A DNA stretch of 64,000 bases from Malacoraja senta (lineage: Eukaryota), in the NCBI GenBank assembly GCA_038087875.1, contig CM075993.1, positions 8,558,001-8,622,000 of the forward strand. The letters run 5' to 3'. The translations under genes and the position numbers were made by a program. Position 1 is the first letter of the stretch. The number at the start of each line of letters is the position of its first letter. The notes under the pieces are model-generated. The model ran no database searches. It was not told the origin of the DNA and worked only from the letters and a program-made list of their open reading frames with translations. Positions 48,600 to 61,169 of the stretch are shown piece after piece.

Positions 48600-49400
48600 C
48601 CCTGCCATGGTGCGCTGCTGAACTCGGATCGGATTTCCTTCCATCTTTCTCCAGCTGCCACACCGGTTGGGCTGCGCTGCGCTGCGTGCGGAGGGGAAGG
48701 CCGGCGCTCTCGGAGGATGGAATGACTGCTCTTAGAAGTCGAGGCAAGATGAGCAGCCACAGGTGAGTGGCGGCCGCCTGTCCTGTCACCGGCTGCCGCT
48801 CGGCCGGCCGTGCGCCGGGTACATTCGCCCGCTCTCTCCTCACTCCCACCTACCGCCGGAGTTCACCACCGAGGCCGCCAACCCGCAGTAAAACCCCGTT
48901 GTTGATTAGTTTTCCTTCGAAGGCTTCAGGCGAAACTTTGGCGGCGGGACCCAGGCTGAGGTAAAAGTGCGGGGATCGGTGGCAGCGTTGTTCCGAGCAT
49001 GACAGCCCCCCCCCCCCCCCACTTCAATGTGGTTGCTACGGCAACGTGCCCGGCTACGACCACGATTAACTCTTTAACTCCTCGAAAATGGTATCATCCT
49101 GTCATTTGAACTTTAGAAATAAAAAATAAACCCGCAGATGTTGGGTGTTCCGAGTGTGAGGAACAAAAGCCGGCGATGTTCAGCTGGCCGGCAGCGTCTA
49201 TGGAGGGAGAGAGAGAGACTGAGGTGACGTTGCGGGCCCCTGGAGGGGCGCCCGTGCGACCCCGTTGCCGTTGCCCCGGGACGGAGGGCAGGCGGGCCTT
49301 CCCCTTTAAGGGGGCTTTTCTGTCGGCAGAACAAGAGCGGCTGCAGAGCACGTGACCACATGTCGACAGGGCTGATGGCGGCCCCCTAGCAACGGGATGG
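48600..49400 (+). promoter_or_regulatory. CpG-island-like promoter / first-exon region
   Basis: Abrupt GC and CpG enrichment with no TE hallmarks. Contains a strong CAG|GTGAGT donor and the RFX X-box-like palindrome GTTGCTACGGCAAC (49032-49045). Confidence 0.7.
48722..48762 (+). CDS. Putative first coding exon (41 nt, MTALRSRGKMSSH-), tentatively GRAMD2A-like
   Basis: ATG in the CpG island followed by consensus donor AG|GTGAGT. The MTAL start resembles the recalled GRAMD2A N-terminus, but the peptide is too short to assign a symbol. No downstream exon was identified. Confidence 0.45.
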
Positions 49401-49704
49401 AGAGTGAAGGGAGAGGGCAGGCTGGCTGGCTAATGAATTCAACTGGAGATGGAGGACAATGGGGATAGAGACCTGTATAGCCGGGGGCCCCTGAATGGGC
49501 GGGAGGTCCGCCTGCAGTCAGGGCCCCACGGATGGGCAGCTGTCTGCCTATAACCAGGGGCCTCTTTGGTTGCCTGTAGCCAGGGGCTCCTGAATCGGCA
49601 GGGAATGTCTGCTGTAACCAAGGGCCCACGAAAGGGCAGCTAGACACAAAATACTGGAGTAACTCAGCGGGTCAGGCAGTTTCGGATCGGAACCCTTCAT
49701 ACCC

Positions 49705-50500
49705 TTCATTGGTAGCAAAAACAGGAAGGCAGATTACTATCTAAATGGTGTCAAGTTGGGAAAAAGGGAAGTACAATGGGATCTGGGGGTCCTTGTACAT
49801 CAGTCTATGAAAGTAAACATGCAGGTACAGCATGCAGTGAAGAAAGCGAATGGCATGTTGGCCTTTATAACAAGAGGAATCGACTATAGGAGCAAAGAGG
49901 TCCTTCTGCAGTTGTACAGAGCCGTAGTGAGACCACACCTGGAGTATTGTTTGCAGTTTTGGTCCCCTAATTTGAGGAAGGACATTCTTGCTATTGAGGG
50001 AGTGCAGCGTAGGTTTACAAGGTTAATTCCCGGGATGGCGGGACTGTCATATGCTGAGAGAATGGAGCAGCTGGGCTTGTACACTCTGGAGTTTAGAAGG
50101 ATGAGAGGGATTCTCATTGAAACATATAAGATTGTTAAGGGCTTGGACACACTACAGGCAGGAAACATGTTCCCGATGTTGGGGGAGTCCAGAACCAGGG
50201 GCCACAGTTTAAGAATAAGGAGTAAGCCATTCTGAATGGAGACGAGGAAACACTTTTTCTCACAGAGAGTGGTGAGTCTGTGGAATTCTCTGCCTCAGAG
50301 GGCGGTGGAGGCAGGTTCTCTGGATGCTTTCAAGAGAGAGCTAGATAGGGCTCTTAAAAATAGCGGAGTCGGGATATGGGGAGAAGGCAGGAACGGAGTA
50401 CTGATTTGGGATGATTAGCCATGATCACATTGAATGGCGGTGCTGGCTCGAAGGGCGAAATGGCCTACTCCTGCAACTATTGTCTATTGTCTATTGTCTA
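49705..50500 (+). mobile_element. 5'-truncated CR1/HER1-like LINE
   Basis: ORF 49756-50235 contains DLGVLVH, VRPHLEYCLQFWSP and RTRGHSL; (CTATTGT)n tail. Confidence 0.93.
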
Positions 50501-53399
50501 AAAGATAGAGATGGGGGGGGGGGGGGGGAAGACTGCAGATGAGAAAAACCTGAACTTAGGCCTGTCTGTGGCCCATGGGCCCCTAGAGTCTGTGGCCCAT
50601 GGGCCCTTAGGATAGGAGTCGCCAGTAGCCAGGGCCTCTTGGAGAGGCAGCTGTCTGATAGTAGCTAGGAATCTCTGGCTGCCTGTAGTCGGGGCCCTCG
50701 AGGATCAGGATGTCTGACTAACTAATGATGTCTCTGGCAGCCTGGAGCCAGAGGCCCAGGACCAATTGCCTGTTATGGTGTGACACGATAGGTGCTGTAT
50801 CATCGCCTCCAAGAGCAGAGTGAAGTTAGTTATACAATAATCTATTTGATGGTTACAACACAGGAGACCATTCATCCTATCTTGCCTATGCCATTACTCT
50901 GCCACTTTGTAGTCCACCCCTGGCCTTGTAAATATCTTTCCATTATGTTTTTCCAGTTCGCTCCGAAAAGCCACAATGGAACCTGCCCTTGCAACATCTG
51001 CAGGCAGATGCCAATCACACCGTGTGTATATATAAAAAAGATTTATCCTCCTGAAACTCAGAATTCTCCTTTCTATACCTGTGCCGTCTGGTCTCAGAAG
51101 GTTTTTTTCTGTCAACTGATCGTGTTCCTACTAAGGTTAACGGTCCAAAGGTGCGTCACAATGGAAGGTCGCGTGGGATCTTAGTGCATCATTCAGATGA
51201 GACAAAGCCCCGGTGCTTTATGTTGGAACACTGTACGCTAGATAGGATTACTGCTCACGGACAGCCACTTGGTTATATTCTGTTTCTCCCTCCCATCCCC
51301 CACACTCTGTCTCTCTTATTGCGACAGCAGTTCAGTGCATTCCACTCTCGCCTCGGGTTAAGTTGTGGTGTCATGTCTGCCCAGGACGTTTACATCAAAC
51401 TGGTATTCCAGTGCAGGAGCTGGAGGAACACCACAATGTTGGAATTGTCCCCTTCATGATCTGATGCCACCCTGAAGGGAGTAATTCCCACAGCAATCAT
51501 TTGAAAAGAGCAGGGCTGCTCTGGCTATTTCTGTACTACTGTAGATACAAGGAACTACTGATGCTGGATTGCAAAAAACACACAAAGTGCTATAGTAACT
51601 CAGTGAGTCAGGCAGCATCTTTGGAGGATGTTTCGGATCAGGAACCATCTTCGTAGAAGGGTCCCGACCCGTAATGTTTTCCAGAAATTCTGCCTGACCC
51701 TCTGAGTTACACCAGCACTTTGTGTTTTAAAAAAAAATCATACTGCTGTTTATGAAATCATTACTTGGTGGTTGTGTTGACAATTGTGGCCATACCTGAG
51801 GTGTGGTCCATAGAATATAGGCCTTTTCTCCCTGCGAGTAGCTAGTGGATGTTTGCCAATCTTTTTGTTTTATACATTAATTGTGGGAGTATTAGGTTTG
51901 TGGGTTAATTGCCCCTAGCGTGTAGGGAGTGGATGCGAAAGTGGGCTAATATAGAACTAGTGTGAACGGGTGGTCGACGGTCGGTATGGATTTGGTGGGA
52001 CGAAGCGCCTGTTTCCATGCTATATCTTTTGATCAAACAATCAATTAGCATCACTGGGGAGTCCCTGGTTTATTGCCTTTTTGCAGTGCTCGTCTTCAAA
52101 TATAGTTTTTATGGATATATTGTTCTTCTAGTTATTTTGTCCTCTCTCCCTCCCTGCTCCTCAAGGTGCACTCTTCACTTCTTCTTATCTCTGCATGAAA
52201 TTTAGTGTAAAATTTTATTTGCAAAATGTCCGGTTGAAACACCTTTGGTCTTGGGTTGTTAAAGGTGTCATAAAATTCAGATCTTCATTGCTATCTTCAG
52301 ATTTTGTTTGGTACAATGTTATTGTGGTTAAAAATAGTATTTGACCCAAACATGCGTCATTGTGATATATAGCTTACTTATGTAGGGCAGTGTGTGTCAA
52401 AAGAAAAACACACATCCTTCATAATGAATCAAGAAAAAGTCTAACCTCAGCACAGCCTGTGAGTGGAGAGTTAGCCTTGCACTTTATCTGCCATTTAGCC
52501 ACCATTACAACTATGGATGTATCAGTTTATTGCAAAAGTTAACAGAGAGATAAGAGAAACGGTGCTTTATAACCAGGAAATGCATGCAAATGTAAGATTT
52601 ATAGAATGATTTATTGGTTTACATAGTGTATTGATGGTTTCCTACAAGCGGTTCAGTAGTTCCATAAAATACGGAGAATCCGCACGGGAGATGATTGGGT
52701 CCATTGTAGCTGTTGGCTTTTTAGAGACCTGTCTTAATCAACTTCACTCTTACCTCGTACCTTTGGAAATCTTTTGAAGTATTTACCTCATTCTTTTAGA
52801 AAAGGTTTACCGCTATTGAAAGTTAAAAGTTTACGGAGGTGCTGCAGATTGTGCATCTGCCTCGCAACCCCAGCGACTTGGGTTCCCCTTGGTCTAGTAA
52901 CCATTAATGTGCTGAAGCTCGTGAAACCCATGACCTCGGGCGACCACACATTTCACTGTACGAATTGGTATATGTGACAAATAAATGTATCTTGCATCTT
53001 GTCTGTGTGGAGTTTGCATGCTCTCTCAGTGGCAATGTAGGATTGCCCTTTACTGCTGTCTTACGCAGCACCTCAAGATTGTAACATTTCTGTGCATATA
53101 AATAAAACTACTGGCTATTTCTTCCTCTGGCCAACTTACTCTCCTTCCAAAGCACTTAATAATTCTCAACATCTGTCTTAAATCTTCCCTAACCGGCTGT
53201 TGAAGTGTGAACACTCGCCCAACAGAATCCCCATATCTTTGCACCAGACTAGTAAATCTTTTCAGCATCTCTCCAAGGACCCTATCCTTCCTAAAGTGTG
53301 TACTTAGAATTGTACATATTCTTTGTAGGTGCAAATCAGAGATTATGCCATCTGCGCATAGGTTACTAGGTTTCACGAGCTTCAGCACATTAATGGTTA

Positions 53400-53640
53400 C
53401 TAGACCAAGGGGGACCCGTTGGGTCCCGTCCCCTCAACTCGCGGTTGCAGTGGGGGGTGTCTGCAGCATCACACACACACACATTAACCACCTCCACACA
53501 CACGGGGGGGGGGGAGAAGGGGAGGGGCTTGTAATGATAAATAAAGAAACGGTGGAGGAAGAAAGTGCAATAAAAGAGTCTGACGCATTAGTAAACTGGA
53601 GGTCTAGCGATAATAAAGAATGCAGCACTGATTGAAACGC
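53400..53640 (-). mobile_element. Helitron-like 3' end
   Basis: On the - strand: subterminal hairpin GGGACCCAACGGGTCCC followed by CCTTGGTCTAG|T. Confidence 0.6.
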
Positions 53641-54620
53641 ATAGGAGAAGAGATGGCAAGGTGATAAATCTCAAGGTCCCAAAGTTCCACCCAAGAGTTT
53701 TGTAAGAATTTACTTTGGAGGTAGTGAATGCCCTGGTGTCATCTTCCAAACTCTATAACTGCTGGAATTGTCCCTATGAATTAGAGTGTGTTGTGAATGT
53801 TAAAGAAAGGAGAGAGGAAGAGAAGATGGAGAACTGTTGGCCTAATGTCAATAGTAAGAAAACTGCTGAAATTAATAATGAAGGATATAATAACAGAACA
53901 ACATGGAGAGTAGAATCAGCTTGGGCAATTATGCCTGACTTAATCCTCAGAACTTCTTTTGAAGGTGTGATAGGTTGAAAAGATAAGGGGGAACAAGCGG
54001 ACATGTAGCATTTCTGAAAGCTTTCGAAAAGGTCTCACATAGACGGTTGTTCAGCAAAGTTAGAGTACATGGAATCAGGGATCAATATATTGGCACATTG
54101 AGAATTAGTTATTGGAAAGGGAGAAAAAATGAATGAATGAAAGAAAAGAAAAGATTGGGAATAAACATGTCTTTCTCAGGCTGACAAGCAGGATTTGGTT
54201 CTTGGGCCCCTGGCTATTCGTGATCCGTTTCAGCAATTTGGCAGAGGGGTTTCTCACATGAGATGGTGAGTTGACCTGGCCTGTATTCTCTAGAGTTTAG
54301 AATGAGATGTGATCTTAAAGGACTCAACAGGATGGATGCAGGGATGGTGGCTGAAAAGTCTAGAAACTAGAAACATGGTTTGAGAACAAGGGGTAGATCA
54401 ATTAGGACAGAGATAAGGGCAAATGTCTTCTCTTGGAGATGGTGAATTTGTGGAATTTTCTTCCCTGAGAAGTTGTGGTTCTCATTGAATTCAATCAAAA
54501 TGGAGATTCTTAGATCTCTGGGTATGTAGGGAATCGTGTGATACAGGATAGTGTGGGGAAAATGACAGAGATGGAAGATCAGTGACGATCTTTATGAAGG
54601 GCGAATGGCCTATTGTCCCT
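53640..54620 (+). mobile_element. Old degenerate CR1 LINE fragments
   Basis: Recognisable CR1 segments AAAGCTTTCGAAAAGGTCTCACA, TATTCTCTAGAGTTTAGAATGAG and GAAGGGCGAATGGCCTA. Confidence 0.65.
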
Positions 54621-55509
54621 AATTATCTTTTAAAGCAGGCAATAATAAGAACTGTAAAAGCTCATATCTAACCAGAGAACGACTCTATTTGCCATGAGCC
54701 TGTGTTACCAAAGTACCACACACAAGCAACACAAATCAAATGACAGAGGAGGTTTATTGTCCGAAAAGGCCCTGAAATCTTCACTTCGGGAAGGGTGGAG
54801 AATTGTACAGTGTGATTCAGCTCAGGCGGTGCCATGAGCTCATCCACTGTGCGAAATAACAAGTTATGGTCTTGTTCAAACTGGCTGACAGAATCTGTGG
54901 CCAGATAAGCTATGGTGAAGTGTTGCCACACACAACCAACGTGTGGATTTCTAAAAACTGTATTTTTTACATTATATTTCAACTGTACTGAAAGGCATTT
55001 TAACATGTCTATGTAGAATCAATGACTACTTCATTGACTTTGTCACTGATTGTGTAAAACACGAAGTGCTGGAGAAACTTCGGATCAGGCAGCATCTGTG
55101 GAGAGAATGGACAGGTAAACATTAAGGTTGGACCCTTCCGAAAAAGACCCCCAACTGAAACGTCCACAGATATTGCCTGGAGTTCCTCTAGCATTTTGTG
55201 TTTTGCTCATGATACCAGCACCAGCAGTTTATTGTGTCTCTCTTAATTGTCTGTAATGTGTTGATGTGAAATGTGATACACATTTCATTCTGAGCTCACA
55301 ATGCGTTCTCCACATTGGAGAAGCCAGACACAGATTCAGTGACTGCTTTGTGGAGCATCCGCACTCAGTCCGTAGAGGTGTCCATGAGCTTTCTGTGACC
55401 GGCCACTTTAATTTTCCATCTAGCTCCCATTCTGAACTATTTGTGGTCTCTTGTACTGTTATTATTCCCATGACCAGTTCCGTCAGGTCAGGCAGCATCT
55501 CCAGTTGAG

Positions 55510-56088
55510 GGTCCTAAAGGAGAGATGGTAGCAGGAGGATACAGAACGAAGTATTTTGGACCACGTCTGTACTTTTCGGTCTAGACTGAAGAGGGCATGT
55601 GAACTGGCAATGGGTAATCTTGCTTCTACTCAGTCTAGGATGAAGGGGTGGTTCGACAGGAAGGCTTCTGGTAGGAATTTTTCTCCTGGTGACAAGGTCC
55701 TGGTGTTGCCTATTCCTGGTTCCAGTCTGCAGGCTCGGTATAGCGGTCCCTATCAGGTGGTTACGAAGGTTGGTGAAAGGGATTATGTTATTGGTACCCC
55801 TGATCGAAGGCAAAAGACTCGGCTCTGTCATGTCAACATGATGAAGCAGTACCATGAGCAGGAGCCTGTGGAGGTGGATGGGGAGGTGCTGTGTCCTTCG
55901 GTTTCATCTAAACCTGTTTTGGCTGCAGTGCTGCTGCCCCCTGACACGGGTGGTGATGTGGGTGAGGCACGGTTGTCGGTGCAGTGACGCAGGGAAGGCT
56001 GTGTAACTCTGAGGCTTTGGAGTCGCTTCCCTTGCGGCTGTCGCATTTGACTGAAAGTCAGCGGGGTGATCTGCTTGATTTGGTAAAG
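55510..56088 (+). mobile_element. Gypsy (Gmr1-like) fragment: integrase C-terminus leading into the pre-RT linker
   Basis: QSRMKGWFDRKA...FSPGDKVLVL...ARYSGPYQV...CHVNMMKQY (GPY/F module), followed by LSHLTESQRGDLLDLV. The latter is typical of the segment preceding RT in integrase-first elements. Confidence 0.7.
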
Positions 56089-56179
56089 TCTTTGTACTTT
56101 GTGTCTTTATTTGTAAACCAGCATCTGCAGTTCCTTGTATCTCCAACTTTCTCTGTTGTATGGAAATGTAGGAAGGGTA

Positions 56180-57354
56180 ATCGACAAGGTCCCACATAAG
56201 AGATTAGTATACAAACTTAAAGCACATGGTATTGGGGGTTCAGTATTGATGTGGATAGAGAACTGGCTGGCAAACAGGAAGCAAAGAGTAGGAGTAAACG
56301 GGTCCTTTTCAGAATGGCAGGCAGTGACTAGTGGGGTACCGCAAGGCTCAGTGCTGGGGCCCCAGCTATTTACAATATATATTAATGATTTGGATGAGGG
56401 AATTGAATGCAACATCTCCAAGTTTGCGGATGACATGAAGCTGGGGGGGAGTGTTAGCTGTGAGGAGGATGCTAGGAGGCTGCAAGGTGACTTGGATAGG
56501 CTGGGTGAGTGGGCAAATGCATGGCAGATGCAGTATAATGTGGATAAATATGAGGTTATCCACTTTGATGGCAAAAACAGGAAAGTAGACTATTATCTAA
56601 ATGGTGGCCGATTAGGTAAAGGGGAGATGCAACGTGACCTGGGTGTCATGGTACACCAGTCATTGAAAGTAGGCATGCAGGTGCAGCAGGCAGTGAAGAA
56701 AGCGAATGGTATGTTAGCATTCATAGCAAAAGGATTTGAGTATAAGAGCAGGGAGGTTCTACTGCAGTTGTACAGGGTCTTGGTGAGACCACACCTGGAG
56801 TATTGCGTACAGTTTTGGTCTCCAAATCTGAGGAAAGACATTCTTGCCATAGAGGGAGTACAGAGAAGGTTCACCAGATTGATTCCTGGGATGTCAGGAC
56901 TTGCATATGAAGAAAGACTGGATAGACTCGGCTTGTACTCGCTAGAATTTAGAAGATTGAGGGGGGATCTTATAGAAACTTACAAAATTCTTAAGGGGTT
57001 GGACAGGCTAGATGCAGGAAGATTGTTCCCGATGTTGGGGAAGTCCAGGACAAGGGGGCACAGTTTAAGGATTAAGGGGAAATCCTTTAGGACCGAGATG
57101 AGAAAAACATTTTTCACACAGAGAGTGGTGAATCTCTGGAACTCTCTGCCACAGAAGGTAGTTGAGGCCAGTTCATTGGCTATATATAAGAGGGAGTTAG
57201 ATGTGGCCCTTGGGGCTAAAGGGATCAGGGGGTATGGAGAGAAGGCAGGTACAGGATACTGAGTTGGATGATCAGCTATGATCATATTGAATGGCGGTGC
57301 AGGCTCGAAGGGCCGAATGGCCTACTCCTGCACCTATTTTCTATGTTTCTATGT
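56180..57354 (+). mobile_element. Young 5'-truncated CR1/HER1-like LINE with an open RT C-terminal frame
   Basis: About 360 uninterrupted codons: DKVPH, GVPQGSVLGP, KFADD, RPHLEYC. (CTATGTTT)n tail. Confidence 0.95.
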
Positions 57355-57574
57355 AATCTTTGTTATCCGAGAAGGTTTGAAGCATTACAATATTGGCCTA
57401 GGGTATCTTCTAATGTGCAAAATATGTGAAATTGGGAAACAGACATAAAAGAGCATCTGCAAAAGCATGTGCCTGGTTCAGTCAGTGACCAGTCCACAGT
57501 ACATGTGTTGTCCTGCAGACCGCACACTTTAAATTATTAAGAAAAGGCTTTATTCTTTGCAACTTTTCAGAAGT

Positions 57575-58585
57575 TTAATCCAAGCAAGTGTGAGGCATTA
57601 CACTTGGGAGGTTGGATGTAATGGGAGCGTATACAGTTAATGACAAGGCCCCTAACAGCATTGATGTGCAAAGGGATCTTGGAGTCCAAGTTCATAGCTC
57701 ATTGAAGGTGGCAGCACCAGTAGATGGGGTGATAAAGAAGGCATAAGGTATGCTGGCCTTCATTACCAGGGGCATTGAGTATAAGAGTCAGGAAGTCATG
57801 ATGCAGCTCTGTAAGACTTTGGTTAGATCACATTTGGAGTAATGCATGCAGTTCTGGTCGCTCCATTACAGGAATGGTGTGGAGGTTGGAGAGGATGCAG
57901 AGGTGGTTTACCAGAATGCTTGCTGCCTGGATTAGAGGGTTTCAGCTATAAGGGGACAAACTTGGATTTCTTCTCTGTAATATTGCAGGTTGAGGGGGGA
58001 GCCTGCAAGTATATAGAATTATGAGAAGCATAGATATGGTAGACAATCAGGGCCTTTGTCTGAAGGTGGAAGTGGCTAGCACTAGAGGGCATAGTTATTA
58101 GGTAAGAGGGGCTCAGCGGGTGAGACAGCATCTATAGTAGTTTACACCCCAGCGGTATGAACATTGACTGCTCCAATTTCAGGTAGTCCTTGCAAGAAAG
58201 TCCTTGCAAAGAAAGCAAGGACTACCTGAAACTGGAGAAGTCAATATTCATACCACTGGTGTGTAAACTACCATAGATGCTGCCTCACCTGCTGAATTTC
58301 TCCAGCATTTTTGTCTACCTTCGATTTTTCCAGCATCTGCAGTTCCTTCTGAAACAGAAGGTAAGAGGGGGGACGTTTAATGCAGATGTACGGGGCAAGT
58401 GGTGAGGGCCTGGAACGTATTGCCAGGGGGAGTGGTGTAGGCAGATAAGACAGTGACATTTAAGAGGTTTTTAGATAGCTTGGAAATGCAAGGAATAGAG
58501 GGATATAGATCATGTACAAGCCTGAGATGAGTTTAACTTGGCATCATATTCAACATAAAATTGTGCGCCGAAGGGCCCCGTTCTT
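57575..58585 (+). mobile_element. Older CR1 fragment interrupted by a PLE-derived piece (about 58110-58350)
   Basis: Degenerate KCE..H, DLGVQVH and YKTLVRSHLE motifs; the PLE terminal sequence is embedded. Confidence 0.7.
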
Positions 58586-58931
58586 TGTTCTAGAGGCTTG
58601 GGTCGTCTTTAAGCTGAAATACAGCATTGTGTGATACAACATGAAATTAGATCTTGCAGCCCACTGAGTCCACACCGACCATGGTATGTGGGAGGAAACC
58701 AGAGCACCCAGATGTAACCCATACAATCACAGGGGGAACATGCCATCTCCACACAGACAGCACCTGAGTTCCGGATCGAACCCGGGCCTCTGGCGCATTG
58801 AGGCAACAGCTCTGTCAGCTGCGGCACTATGCCACTCCTTTGCCTCTGCGATGCATTGTTGTAGGAAACATAGACGGTAAGTTGTGCACAGCAAACTTCC
58901 GGAAACAGCAATGAGGTAAAAATCCCCAATC

Positions 58932-59930
58932 TAGAGTCATAGAGTGATACAGTGTGGAAACAGGCCCTTCAGCCCAACTTGCTCACACCGGCCAACATGT
59001 CCCAGCTACACTAGTCCCACCTGCCTGCGCTTGGTCCATATCCCTCCAAACCTGTCCTATCCATGTACCTGTCTAACTGTTTCTTAAACATTGGGATAGT
59101 CCCAGTCCAAACTACCTCATCTGGTAGCTTGTTCCATACACCCACCACCCTTTGTGTGAAAAAGCTACCCCTCAGATTCCTATTAAATGTTTTACCCTTC
59201 ACCTAGAACCTATGTCCTCTGGTCCTTGATTCCCCTTCTTTGGGCATGAGACTCTGGGCATCTATCCAATCTATTCCTCTCATGATTTTGTACACCTCTA
59301 TAAGATTACCCCTCATCCTCCAGCGCTCCAAGGAACAGAGACCCAGCCTACTCAACCTCTCCCTATAGCTCACCCTCTAGTCCTGGCAACATCCTTGTAA
59401 ATCTTCTCCGAACCCTTTCAAGCTTGACAATATCTTTCCTATAACATGGTGCTCAGAACTGAACACAATATTCTAAATGCGGTCTCACCAATGTCTTATA
59501 CAACTACAACATGATCTCCCAACTTCTATACTCTGACTGATGAAGGCCAATATGCCAAATGCGTTTTTGACTATCTTATCTACCTGTGACTCGACCTTCA
59601 AGGAACCATGCACCTGCACTCCTAGATCCCTCCGCTACCCGCTCTACAACACTCCCCAGAGTCCTACCATTCACTGTGTAGGCCCTGCCCTTGTTAGACG
59701 TCCCATAGTGCAACATCTCACACTTCTTTGTATTAAATTCCATCAACCATTCCTCAGCCCAACTGGACAATCGATTCAGATCCATGCATACAACATCTAC
59801 AGCTCTACCCTCATCGACCTTTTTGGTCATGTCTTCAAAAAACTCAATCAGATTTGTTAGACACGACCTCCTCTGTACAAAACCATGCTGATTATCCCTA
59901 ATCAGCTCTTGCCTGTCCAAATGCCTGTAT
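58932..59930 (-). mobile_element. CR1/HER1-like LINE fragment (second subfamily)
   Basis: Minus-strand NQHGFVQRRSCLTNLIEFFE and FFTQRVVGVWNKLP motifs; CR1 tail. Confidence 0.9.
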
Positions 59931-61169
59931 TTAAGGACGACTCGTAAATTTAGTGATGTTAGTAGTGGGATATGTGTCAACTTGGGAACCGGGATAAACT
60001 TCGCCTGGGAATGAAGCAATCTGACTGGGAGGTGAGACTATTACCAAGCTGTGGGCGAGCCTGTCATTATTGTGCCTAATTGAAGGATGCTTAGAAATAC
60101 AAGTCAACCTCTCACCACTTTGTCCAGACCACACAACCTGGGAAACATTGAAGGCAAAGACCCATTCTGCTGGAGGAGGGTGGGGGAGATTCACAAAGCG
60201 CATCTTGATTTTGAATACCTGCCCATTGTCTGAGAATGAGCAGGTATGTAAATTCTGTATATGATGTGTGAATGATCTGGGTTGGGGTGTGACTATTCAC
60301 TGTATTTATTAACGCTTTGGATGATCTAGAGGCACATGCTGTACACCATCTTGTAGAGGTGACAGTAACTTGAATTTCCTTCTGGCTTGCTGAAATGATA
60401 GATGTTGGTTTTCTTTGACCTCTGCCTCTTTCCCCTATGTATTGGAGCTGTCACCTCATCCATTTCCACATGAATAACCGTGCCAACTTCAGGCCCCACA
60501 AACTATCCCACTTTCTGGAACAGTTTCTTCCCACCCTGACATCAGCTTAGTCACTGAAAGTAAGGAATTCTGGCATTGGTACAGAAATGTGTCACTCTTG
60601 GTAGTTGGGAAACAGGGGTGAGAGTGTGTGAGAACATCATGGGGAGGGGCTGGAGCCTGACTAAGAGGTGGATGTTGCCCAAGGCTTGGAGAGAGAGAAA
60701 ATGAGCAACTGATTCATAGAGTGGAACAGCATGGAAATGGGCTTTACTGCCTATCGAGTCTGTACTGGTCACCAACTACCCATTTACATTATTCCTTTTT
60801 ATTCCCACATTCTCATCACCTCCCCACATTCTACCACAACCTTGCATGCCAGGGGCAATTGGCATTGGCCGATTAACCTACCAACCCACACATCCCTGGG
60901 GTGTGGGAGGAAACTTGAGCACTCCTGGGAAAACCCCTACAATCACAAGGAGAACGTGCAAACCTCAGACAGCAGCTGAGGTTGGGTCTCTGGCGCTGTG
61001 AGACGGCAGCTCTATCTGGTGTGGAGCTAAATTCATCCATGCAAGTGGGGACTATTCCTTCATGCTTCTGGCTTATAAATAGTGGAAAGGTTTTGGCTAT
61101 CAGAGACTGGTCATTTACCACAGGATAGCCAGCATCTGACCTGCTCTTGTCGCCGTGATATTCATGTGA

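Noticed and set aside
60235..60249. ATGAGCAG|GTATGT as an alternative phase-2 first exon
   Set aside because: The donor and phase are compatible with the 48762 exon, but there is no promoter evidence or homology, so it could easily be chance.
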